From positions 1-5,923 of the IMG/VR virus record IMGVR_UViG_2671180460_000007: a stretch of 5,923 nt of DNA, one strand, 5' to 3'. Positions 1 through 5,923 of the stretch are shown piece by piece. How positions within the stretch are numbered: position 1 is the first letter of the stretch; the number at the start of each line of letters is the position of its first letter. Below the pieces are notes generated by a model. It did no database searches. It was not told the origin of the DNA and worked only from the letters and a program-made list of their open reading frames with translations. This stretch comes from a virus (taxonomy: Duplodnaviria > Heunggongvirae > Uroviricota > Caudoviricetes). Both the position numbers and the translations under genes were made by a program.

Positions 1-156
1 TCTCTGGGGACGATTTACCGACGTTTTTATAACGGACATTTTCTGCCTGTAGACCAGGAAAGCGCACAGGTTCTTTCTACACCAATGCAGCAGCCCCAGC
101 CGCGAAGATACAGTAACAAACGAACTGACAGCAGTAAGATGGAGCGTTTCTTTTGA
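1..156 (+). CDS. 3' end of an upstream ORF (partial, runs off the left edge); hypothetical phage protein
   Basis: Frame 1 is open from base 1 to TGA at 154-156 (ends ...[14 protein letters not shown]); the other two + frames hit stops within the first 52 nt. Its stop overlaps the TTG at 153 of the next ORF. No family recognised. Confidence 0.3.
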   Translation, partial: SLGTIYRRFYNGHFLPVDQESAQVLSTPMQQPQPRRYSNKRTDSSKMERFF

Positions 157-410
157 ACAACCAGACAATGACTTTTACCCCTGAACAATTACGTAAACAG
201 GCACAGGAAATGTTGCGACAAGCGGAACAACTGGAAAAAACAGGTGTAACAAAAGATACCATTCGTCGGGATATGGTTCCCGCGCTCAGAGAATTGATGC
301 AGGCGAAACACCGTGCACAAAAAGCGGTGGATGAGCTGGTGGATTGTGTGGCAGAGCTGGAAACCAAAGTTGGAAAGTTTGAAAAACTGGTGCATGAGGT
401 GCTGCGCTGA
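153..410 (+). CDS. Hypothetical small phage protein (80-85 aa), predicted coiled-coil rich, immediately upstream of Q
   Basis: Track ORF 153..410. Start is ambiguous: TTG at 153 has GGAG 8 nt upstream; the first ATG is at 168 with no clear SD. Protein is rich in E/K/R/Q/L heptad-like stretches ([19 protein letters not shown]...). Stop TGA 408-410 overlaps the ATG of the next gene (TGATG). Confidence 0.55.
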   Translation: MNNQTMTFTPEQLRKQAQEMLRQAEQLEKTGVTKDTIRRDMVPALRELMQAKHRAQKAVDELVDCVAELETKVGKFEKLVHEVLR

Positions 411-793
411 TGCGTGATATTCAGATGGTTCTTGAGCGTTGGGGAGCGTGGGTGGCAAATAATCATGAGGATGTTACCTGGTCATCGATTGCAGCCGGAT
501 TCAAGGGGCTTATTCCTTCAAAGGTTAAATCGCGACCGCAATGTTGTGACGATGATGCGATGGTTATTTGTGGTTGCATGGCTCGTCTGAAAAAGAGCAA
601 CAATGACTTGCATGATTTGCTGGTGGATTATTACGTTTGGGGCATGACGTTTATGAGGCTGGCGCAGAAGCATAATTGCTCTGATGGATATATCGGGAAA
701 AGGTTACAGAAAGCAGAGGGAATAATCGAAGGTATGTTAATGGCATTAGACATTTGCTTAGAGATGGATATTGATGTTACTAAGCTTAATTAA
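410..793 (+). CDS. Late-gene antitermination protein Q (phage 82 / DLP12 QuuD-like family)
   Basis: 127-aa ORF starting [14 protein letters not shown] with a Cys cluster ([12 protein letters not shown]) consistent with a zinc-binding Q antiterminator; size and N-terminus match my recollection of the DLP12 QuuD / 82-type Q family. ATG overlaps the upstream stop; stop TAA at 791-793. Confidence 0.8.
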   Translation: MRDIQMVLERWGAWVANNHEDVTWSSIAAGFKGLIPSKVKSRPQCCDDDAMVICGCMARLKKSNNDLHDLLVDYYVWGMTFMRLAQKHNCSDGYIGKRLQKAEGIIEGMLMALDICLEMDIDVTKLN

Positions 794-925
794 TACGATT
801 ATTTTTTAATAAAAAACGGGGCGTAAAAACACCCCCAAGATAAAGGGTAATATATAACAGAAAGTTTAGATAGTAAGAAGCAGGGCTCTAATGCTTCTTA
901 AAGAAGTGGCTTGAGGGAGCCACTT

Positions 926-958
926 ATATGCTGAGAAGATAAAACCTTCTCAGCATAT
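926..958. terminator. Perfect 13-bp stem / 7-nt loop hairpin between the convergent Q and porin genes; probable (bidirectional) terminator
   Basis: atatgctgagaag (926-938), loop ataaaac, cttctcagcatat (946-958) is an exact reverse complement; followed on + strand by cctttatt. Two further hairpins lie just upstream (874-900, 9-bp stem; 904-925, 7-bp stem). Confidence 0.5.
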
Positions 959-973
959 CCTTTATTAACCAGA

Positions 974-2077
974 TTAGAACTGGTATACCATACCTACAGC
1001 AACGATATCGTCAGTGTTTACACCAAGAGCTTTAGTAAAGTCATTTTTGTCAAGCAGGTTGATTTTGTAATCAACGAAGGTAGACATATTTTTGTTGAAA
1101 TAATAAGTTGCGCCAACATCAACATATTTGACTAAATCCTGGTCACCAAAAATGCCAAGATCTTTACCTTTTGATTGCAGATAAGCAACAGACGGACGCA
1201 GACCGAAATCGAACTGATATTGTGCAACAGCTTCGAAGTTTTGTGCTTTATTAGCCACAAAGTAATCTGCGAATTTAGTCATATTCTGGGTTTCTGAATA
1301 GGTTGTTGCCAGATAAACGTTGTTTGCGTCGTATTTCAGACCTGCAGCCCAGACTTCTGCATTTTCGCCGGAAGCAAATACTCCTGGGAGAAGTTTACCC
1401 AATTTGACTTGAGTGTCGGTACGATCAGATTTCGCATACGTTGCACCAATGCCGAAACCTTCGTATTCATAGGTCGCAGAGAAACCAAAACCATCGCCAT
1501 TGCCTTTGGTGTAGTTATCTAAGCTACTACGATCATGATTATTCTTACCCTGGTACTGTGCAGCAAAATTCAGACCATCAACCAGACCAAAGAAGTCGTT
1601 GTTACGATAAGTTGCAACACCAGTGGTACGACCAGTCATGAATACATCTGTTTGGGTCCAGGTATCTCCACCGAATTCTGGCAGGACGTCAGTCCATGCA
1701 CCGATATCGTATGCTACACCGTAGTTACGACCGTAATCGACGGAGCCGTAGTCACCGAATTTAAGCCCTGCAAATGCAAGACGGGTTTTATCTTTGGCTG
1801 CTCCCTGTTCTTCAGTACGGTTTCCTTTGAATTCATATTCCCACTGACCGAAACCAGTCAGTTGATCGTTGATCTGAGTTTCGCCTTTGAAACCCAGACG
1901 AGCATAAGTTGTGTCGCCATCATTTGCATCGTTAGAGGAGAAGTAGTGCTTAGCATTAACTTTTCCGTACAGATCCAACTTGTTGCTGTCTTTATTATAA
2001 ATCTCTGCTGCCTGAGCAGACATCGCCATCAGTACTGATGCAGCCACAGCAGAAATTGCCACCGTTAATTTTTTCAT
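974..2077 (-). CDS. nmpC: General diffusion porin of the OmpC/OmpF family, prophage-borne NmpC / Lc / OmpD type
   Basis: Signal peptide [23 protein letters not shown] followed by [24 protein letters not shown]..., Gly/Tyr/Asp-rich beta-barrel composition and C-terminal ...VGMVYQF aromatic terminus, all hallmarks of enterobacterial 16-strand porins. The track start at 2080 is GTG; the adjacent ATG at 2077 with AGGG about 6 nt upstream is the more likely start. Stop TAA at 974-976 (minus). Confidence 0.9.
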   Translation of the reverse strand: MKKLTVAISAVAASVLMAMSAQAAEIYNKDSNKLDLYGKVNAKHYFSSNDANDGDTTYARLGFKGETQINDQLTGFGQWEYEFKGNRTEEQGAAKDKTRLAFAGLKFGDYGSVDYGRNYGVAYDIGAWTDVLPEFGGDTWTQTDVFMTGRTTGVATYRNNDFFGLVDGLNFAAQYQGKNNHDRSSLDNYTKGNGDGFGFSATYEYEGFGIGATYAKSDRTDTQVKLGKLLPGVFASGENAEVWAAGLKYDANNVYLATTYSETQNMTKFADYFVANKAQNFEAVAQYQFDFGLRPSVAYLQSKGKDLGIFGDQDLVKYVDVGATYYFNKNMSTFVDYKINLLDKNDFTKALGVNTDDIVAVGMVYQF

Positions 2078-2080
2078 CAC

Positions 2081-2584
2081 GAACCCTTTTTTTTGAACTA
2101 TTTTTAAAAAATGATGTCACTGCGCGATAAATATTCATCTAATCAATGTGGTTATTTCAAGAGTCAAGTTTAATTTAGTGATTGATAATATGATCAAGAT
2201 CTCATTTATGCGCGTTGGTATAATTTGTTGATATTTTTGTGTAATGCGGAATTTAATTAATGAAATACATTATTTACTCATTTTTCATTGAAAAATAACA
2301 ATGATGTATTTGATGTAATATGTGTTATTCGTATGTTTTGTTTTGTTATGTTGCATTAACATTTGAGTGGCGTATTTGTGGTTTACGTACGTAAAAATTC
2401 AATTATGATGTTAAGAGTGGTTGCTTCGACTCCTTCCTTAAAACCGCCGTCGGGCTGTTTTTTGTACCCGAAAAACGGCACAGGACGTTAAACGTGCTGG
2501 TGGTTGCGAATACTGGTCTTTCAGCTTGCTGGCTTTTTCGACAAGAGTTATTGGTATGTCACGTTAACCAGAAAGGAAAAAGAC
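2081..2584. promoter_or_regulatory. About 500-bp AT-rich intergenic region upstream of the porin gene and of the divergent small ORF; presumed porin promoter/regulatory region
   Basis: Very AT-rich, ORF-free stretch directly 5' of the minus-strand porin start. Porin genes of this family carry long AT-rich upstream regions with regulator sites (established knowledge); no individual binding site could be pinned by eye. Confidence 0.4.
2216..2224 (+). promoter_or_regulatory. Candidate extended -10 promoter element (TGgTATAAT) on the + strand, divergent from the porin gene
   Basis: ttGGTATAAT at 2215-2224 gives a perfect TATAAT hexamer (2219-2224) with TG at 2216-2217; no good -35, which extended -10 promoters do not need. 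Would transcribe rightwards toward the small ORF at 2585. Confidence 0.25.
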
Positions 2585-2782
2585 ATGCTAAAACAGCAGG
2601 ATATGACCGAAACTGCCAGAGTGGTGTTTAATGAATTAAGCGTCACCGAACCGGCGACCGTCGGGGAAATTGCGCAGAATACTTACCTTTCACGCGAACG
2701 CTGCCAGTTAATACTGACCCAGCTTGTTATGGCGGGTCTGGCAGATTATCAGTTCGGTTGTTACAGACGCCTTCCGCAGTGA
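2585..2782 (+). CDS. Small (65 aa) putative DNA-binding protein, helix-turn-helix / winged-helix-like
   Basis: Track ORF 2504..2782 begins at TTG; the first ATG is at 2585, with AAGGA (2573-2577) 7 nt upstream, which I take as the start. The segment ATVGEIAQNTYLSRERCQLILTQLVMAGL looks like a helix-turn-helix recognition unit. Lies 150 bp upstream of the methyltransferase gene on the same strand. Confidence 0.5.
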   Translation: MLKQQDMTETARVVFNELSVTEPATVGEIAQNTYLSRERCQLILTQLVMAGLADYQFGCYRRLPQ

Positions 2783-2932
2783 AGGCTTTTTAATTTGTGG
2801 TAATGGGCGGCTGGTGGGTGTTAGCGGCACCTGCCAGCCATCTGCTCATGCGTTGGGGTCACAAGCAAACCTCAGGCCCATCTGCTTTGCGCAAAAGCGG
2901 TATGAGCCTATCAGAGAAGTGCTTATTGATCT

Positions 2933-3997
2933 ATGGCTAATACTGTAAAAATATCCAGTTGTGAGTTAATCAACGCTGATTGCCTGGAATTTATCCGGAC
3001 CTTACCGGAAAACTCTGTCGATCTGATAGTCACAGACCCGCCATACTTTAAAGTGAAGCCCGAGGGCTGGGATAACCAGTGGAAGGGGGACGATGATTAC
3101 CTGAAATGGCTGGCTCAGTGTCTGGCGCAGTTCTGGCGGGTACTGAAACCTGCCGGAAGTCTCTACCTGTTCTGTGGTCATCGCCTGGCATCTGATATCG
3201 AAATCATGATGCGTGAACGCTTTAATGTGCTGAACCACATTATCTGGGCGAAGCCGTCCGGACGCTGGAATGGGTGCAACAAGGAAAGCCTGCGGGCGTA
3301 TTTTCCGGCAACAGAACGCATTCTGTTTGCTGAACATTATCAGGGGCCATACCAGCCAAAAAATGACGGCTATGCAACAAAGGGGCGCGAGCTTAAACAG
3401 CATGTCATGGCCCCGCTGATTTCTTACTTTCGTGATGCGCGCGAATCACTGGGGATAACGTCAAAACAGATAGCAGAAGCCACCGGAAAGAAAAACATGG
3501 CTTCGCACTGGTTTGGTACCAGTCAGTGGCAGTTACCGAATGAGGCCGATTACAGTAAACTGCAGGCGCTGTTTGCACGTGTGGCGGCAGAAAAACACCA
3601 GCGCGGTGAACTGGAGCAGCCACACCACCAGCTGGTCAGCACATACAGCGAACTGAACCGGCAATATGTCAGCCTGCTGGAGGAATACAAATCACTGCGG
3701 CGTTATTTTTCCGTATCGGCTGTCGTTCCTTATACGGATGTCTGGACGCACAAGCCCGTGCAGTATTATCCGGGCAAACATCCCTGTGAAAAACCGGCGG
3801 ATATGTTGCGTCAGATAATTACTGCCAGCAGCCGTCCAGGCGATTTGGTCGCAGATTTTTTTATGGGGTCAGGTTCCACGATAAAAGCGGCACTGTTGCT
3901 GGGACGCAGGGCGATTGGCGTGGAACTGGAAAAAGAACGTTTTGAACAGACCGTCGGTGAAATAATGGAGCAGGCAGAGAAACCAGGTAGTGCATAA
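2933..3997 (+). CDS. DNA methyltransferase, beta-class amino-methyltransferase (N6-adenine type most likely; N4-cytosine not excluded); orphan within this window
   Basis: 354-aa ORF with catalytic motif IV DPPY near the N-terminus (DLIVTDPPYF) and AdoMet-binding motif I FxGxG near the C-terminus (DFFMGSGST). This IV-before-I order is the beta-class permutation; DPPY rather than SPPY favours N6-adenine. No endonuclease-like ORF is adjacent. Confidence 0.88.
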   Translation: MANTVKISSCELINADCLEFIRTLPENSVDLIVTDPPYFKVKPEGWDNQWKGDDDYLKWLAQCLAQFWRVLKPAGSLYLFCGHRLASDIEIMMRERFNVLNHIIWAKPSGRWNGCNKESLRAYFPATERILFAEHYQGPYQPKNDGYATKGRELKQHVMAPLISYFRDARESLGITSKQIAEATGKKNMASHWFGTSQWQLPNEADYSKLQALFARVAAEKHQRGELEQPHHQLVSTYSELNRQYVSLLEEYKSLRRYFSVSAVVPYTDVWTHKPVQYYPGKHPCEKPADMLRQIITASSRPGDLVADFFMGSGSTIKAALLLGRRAIGVELEKERFEQTVGEIMEQAEKPGSA

Positions 3998-4280
3998 TAA
4001 GATAAGAACGGAAAACTTATTATCACGCAGAATGCGCGACGCGAACTAGGCAAGGTGACCGTACTGGCAGTTTCATTGCTCATCTGCCAGTTTTTGACAC
4101 AGGTTGTGTACTGGTTGCGAAAGCACGTGGTTGGATGAGTTCTGCGTTCACATACAGGGTGGTGTGAAGCCAGTTTTTTTCTGTGTATTCAGATGGCGTT
4201 CTGATTTTATGACGAGTTACGTGAACATCAGGGTGTTATGAGTTGGGACGTCATCTTAATGCAACATATTTAATTATGTG

Positions 4281-4379
4281 ATGCCTTATCGGGATAAGGC
4301 ATGATTTCTGGTGTTCTTTGCAATGCAGACATCTCATTTATCAGATAATCATGCTTTATCCCGATGATGCATCAGGCAT
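4281..4379. repeat. Long near-perfect inverted repeat (about 28 paired positions, 31-nt central loop) in the non-coding region between methyltransferase and tRNAs
   Basis: Arm A 4288-4306 (atcgggataaggcatgatt) pairs with arm B 4347-4365 (aatcatgctttatcccgat): 18 Watson-Crick pairs plus one G:T. Extended by tctg (4307-4310) with caga (4342-4345) and by atgcc (4281-4285) with ggcat (4375-4379). Each arm also holds a local 10-bp palindrome (atgccttatc gg gataaggcat at 4281-4302; tgatgcatca at 4365-4374). Confidence 0.55.
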
Positions 4380-4416
4380 TGTCTTATGAGGTTTCATTGT
4401 ACTCTTTTATTTGCGG

Positions 4417-4447
4417 CCCACTGGTTTTTTACTGGTGGGTATTTTTT
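4417..4447 (+). terminator. Candidate rho-independent terminator downstream of the methyltransferase gene
   Basis: cccactgg (4417-4424), loop tttttta, ctggtggg (4432-4439): 8-bp stem including two G:U pairs, followed by tattttttgg. Confidence 0.35.
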
Positions 4448-4519
4448 GGCTTTTTGTGAAATGCTGCAGTAAATAAAATTTTTATTCAAACAAATTTACA
4501 ATTGCGCGAGTAATAAATA

Positions 4520-4547
4520 TTGCATCCGGAATATTTATTAGTATTAT
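4520..4547 (+). promoter_or_regulatory. Candidate sigma70 promoter for the tRNA transcription unit
   Basis: TTGCAT (4520-4525), 16-bp spacer, TATTAT (4542-4547); AT-rich UP-like sequence upstream (aaataaaatttttattcaaacaaattt); predicted start about 60 nt upstream of the first tRNA. Confidence 0.35.
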
Positions 4548-4614
4548 TTCTGCGGTTCCGAGGGGATGGTACGATATGTATCGGGGCATCTCATCTCACG
4601 CCCGAGGAACCAAC

Positions 4615-4690
<76 letters not shown>

Positions 4691-4693
4691 TAT

Positions 4694-4768
<75 letters not shown>

Positions 4769-5033
4769 CAGTAACTAAGGCGAGATTGTTTCAGGCACTG
4801 ATGTAATATAATATATGTGGGGTGTTTTTTTCTGACTCCTTACCACGCCCTGTTCTGTAATGAGTGATATCAGTACAGTTCCAGTGCCACTTTTTTACAA
4901 CACCGGAATAATGCATTATTAGCCAGGATTTTGTTTTTTTCTTCTGCAAATGTATTATCCCGATGTTGTAAACATCGACAAAAACAAAACTGTGATTAGT
5001 CACATACTAAGTCAAGCCCGGAAATACATCCTT

Positions 5034-5059
5034 AACCGCCGCACCAGGCGGTTTTTTTT
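5034..5059 (+). terminator. Strong rho-independent terminator closing the tRNA transcription unit
   Basis: aaccgcc (5034-5040), loop gcacca, ggcggtt (5047-5053): perfect 7-bp stem followed by a run of 8 T (5052-5059). Confidence 0.7.
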
Positions 5060-5233
5060 ATTCCGTTTTTTATGGACCGTTCAGTCGGACCTTTTTCATA
5101 TCCGCGTCACGCCCGGCGCACATCAAAAACCACAGAGCCTTTCAGTGGCGAGCTTACGGGATGGTCAGTGTGACTTTCTCTGTGGGCTGGTCACCCCCGG
5201 GCGGAGGCTCACCCACTAAAAGGAAAAGTAACG

Positions 5234-5659
5234 ATGTTTGGTATTTTCAAAAAGAAAACCCGCAAGGCCATTACTGAAGTGAAGAAGATGGAGAACCGCG
5301 ACGCAGTGGAGGCGACCGTCTGGGGCGCGTATTCCATAGCATTCGCCGACGGCACCTGTGATGCGAAAGAAATCGCTGTGCTGGAGAAAACCATTGCAGC
5401 ACTTCCTGCTTTTGCGCCGTTCTCGGGTGAGATTGCACAAATGAGTGCAAATATCCGCGCCCGTTATGAAGCGTCACCTCGTAGTGCGAATGCTCAGGCT
5501 TTGCGTGAACTGGCTGATGTGGCAGGAACCACCGAAGCGGTTGATGTGCTGTGCCTGTGTCTTGATATTGCTGACCAGGATGGCATTGGTCCGGATGAAG
5601 AAGCACAGCTCAAGAAAATTGCTCAGGCGCTGCAGTTGCCGCTGGAGCAGTACCTGTGA
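5234..5659 (+). CDS. TerB-fold (tellurite-resistance TerB-like) small soluble protein, 141 aa
   Basis: Good SD (AAGGAAAAG) 8 nt before ATG. Two copies of the TerB-type signature: AFADGTCDAKEIAVLEKTIAAL and LDIADQDGIGPDEEAQLKKIAQAL (acidic ADG/DQDG motif followed by E and an amphipathic helix). No predicted transmembrane segment. Confidence 0.75.
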   Translation: MFGIFKKKTRKAITEVKKMENRDAVEATVWGAYSIAFADGTCDAKEIAVLEKTIAALPAFAPFSGEIAQMSANIRARYEASPRSANAQALRELADVAGTTEAVDVLCLCLDIADQDGIGPDEEAQLKKIAQALQLPLEQYL

Positions 5660-5805
5660 AAAGTGCGCGCCTTGTGCTGGCTGCCATCCTGCTGTTTCTG
5701 GTGGTGGTGGATTTCACCGGACGGCTGATGTCGGTGCTGGCAGATGGTGTGCTGGTGGCGATGGCGCTGGTCGTGCTCCGGCCTTTACTGCGTAAATCTG
5801 AATAG
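5656..5805 (+). CDS. Small hydrophobic ORF (49 aa, two predicted membrane-spanning segments), translationally coupled to the TerB-like gene; not in the supplied ORF track
   Basis: GTG at 5656 overlaps the TerB-like stop (cTGTGAaa; GTG 5656-5658, TGA 5657-5659); GGAG at 5644-5647 lies 8 nt upstream. Translation VKSARLVLAAILLFLVVVDFTGRLMSVLADGVLVAMALVVLRPLLRKSE*: basic N-terminus, two hydrophobic stretches, basic C-terminus. Stop TAG at 5803-5805. In this frame the nearest upstream stop is 5596-5598 and GTG 5656 is the first plausible start. Confidence 0.4.
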   Translation: MKSARLVLAAILLFLVVVDFTGRLMSVLADGVLVAMALVVLRPLLRKSE

Positions 5806-5855
5806 CACCACACAAAAGGTATCTGCGGGTGCCTTTGACGGGGTGTTTTTTTACG

Positions 5856-5876
5856 GGCCGACAGTGGCCTTTTTTT
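5856..5876 (+). terminator. Weak terminator-like hairpin plus T-run after the small hydrophobic ORF
   Basis: ggcc (5856-5859), loop gacagt, ggcc (5866-5869), followed by tttttttattt. The stem is only 4-5 bp, so this would be leaky at best. Confidence 0.25.
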
Positions 5877-5894
5877 ATTTACAGGAGAAAAAGT

Positions 5895-5923
5895 ATGTCT
5901 GAACCCTTATCCGGTTCCGGCAC
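5895..5923 (+). CDS. 5' end of a downstream gene (partial, runs off the right edge); product unknown
   Basis: ATG at 5895 preceded by a strong SD (AGGAG at 5883-5887, 7-nt spacing); reads MSEPLSGSG... to the window end. Not recognisable as a lambda- or 21-type holin or endolysin N-terminus. Confidence 0.4.

Noticed and set aside
77-466. Minus-strand ORFs 77..466 (129 aa) and 189..458 (89 aa)
   Set aside because: Both lie entirely antisense to the 85-aa ORF / Q gene pair; no SD; products are low-complexity. Judged to be shadow ORFs of the + strand genes.
1441-2038. + strand ORFs 1441..1641 and 1535..2038 inside the porin gene
   Set aside because: Antisense to a well-supported porin CDS; odd composition (His/Cys/Gln-rich); no start context. 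Shadow ORFs.
2724-2948. ORF 2724..2948 (74 aa) bridging the small HTH-like ORF and the methyltransferase start
   Set aside because: Overlaps the 3' end of the HTH-like ORF and the methyltransferase start in another frame; no SD; most likely an open frame by chance in the intergenic region.
3002-4083. Minus-strand ORFs 3002..3403, 3405..3623 and 3811..4083
   Set aside because: All antisense to the methyltransferase CDS, which has clear catalytic motifs; no independent support.
4365-4460. 31-codon + strand ORF starting ATGATG at 4365 with a hydrophobic C-terminus
   Set aside because: Starts inside the inverted-repeat arm, reads through the terminator-like hairpin at 4417-4447, and has no SD. 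Considered an artefact.
4548-4614. tRNA-like fragment just upstream of tRNA-Thr (ggttccgagggg ... cccgaggaacc; the 5' piece resembles a tRNA-Tyr D-arm)
   Set aside because: No T-loop (GTTCGA-type) or full cloverleaf could be folded; the 6-bp GGTTCC/GGAACC stem is more likely leader structure or a decayed remnant. Noted only as a possible trace of a lost third tRNA.
4791-5219. ORFs 4791..5003 (minus) and 4950..5219 (+) between the tRNAs and the TerB-like gene
   Set aside because: No SD; the + ORF reads through the strong terminator hairpin at 5034-5059; the minus ORF is AT-rich with low-complexity translation. Region treated as non-coding.
5209-5813. Overlapping ORFs 5209..5394 (-), 5216..5440 (-), 5271..5606 (-), 5445..5795 (+) and 5610..5813 (-)
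   Set aside because: All overlap the well-supported TerB-like CDS or the small hydrophobic ORF in alternative frames of GC-rich DNA; Arg/Pro/Ser-rich translations typical of off-frame reading.

Overview
This window reads as the late-regulatory and cargo (moron) region of a lambdoid enterobacterial prophage of the DLP12 / phage-82 type. Left to right: the 3' end of an upstream ORF; an 85-aa ORF whose stop overlaps the start of a 127-aa Q-type late antiterminator (410-793); a hairpin cluster; a convergently oriented NmpC/Lc/OmpD-type general porin gene (974-2077, minus strand) with a roughly 500-bp AT-rich upstream region; a 65-aa winged-helix-like ORF followed by a beta-class DNA methyltransferase (2933-3997) with no restriction partner in view; about 600 bp of non-coding DNA holding a roughly 100-bp near-perfect inverted repeat and a terminator-like hairpin; a promoter-like element and two tRNA genes (Thr-UGU at 4615-4690, Gly-UCC at 4694-4768); a strong intrinsic terminator (5034-5059); a TerB-fold protein gene (5234-5659) whose stop overlaps the GTG start of a 49-codon hydrophobic ORF (5656-5805) absent from the ORF track; and the first codons of a further gene at 5895. 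I see no CRISPR array, IS element or Shiga-toxin gene. The best candidate for an undescribed system is the TerB-like plus small membrane-protein pair, with the wHTH plus orphan methyltransferase pair second. All calls rest on reading the sequence by eye and on recalled family hallmarks; no searches or folding programs were run.
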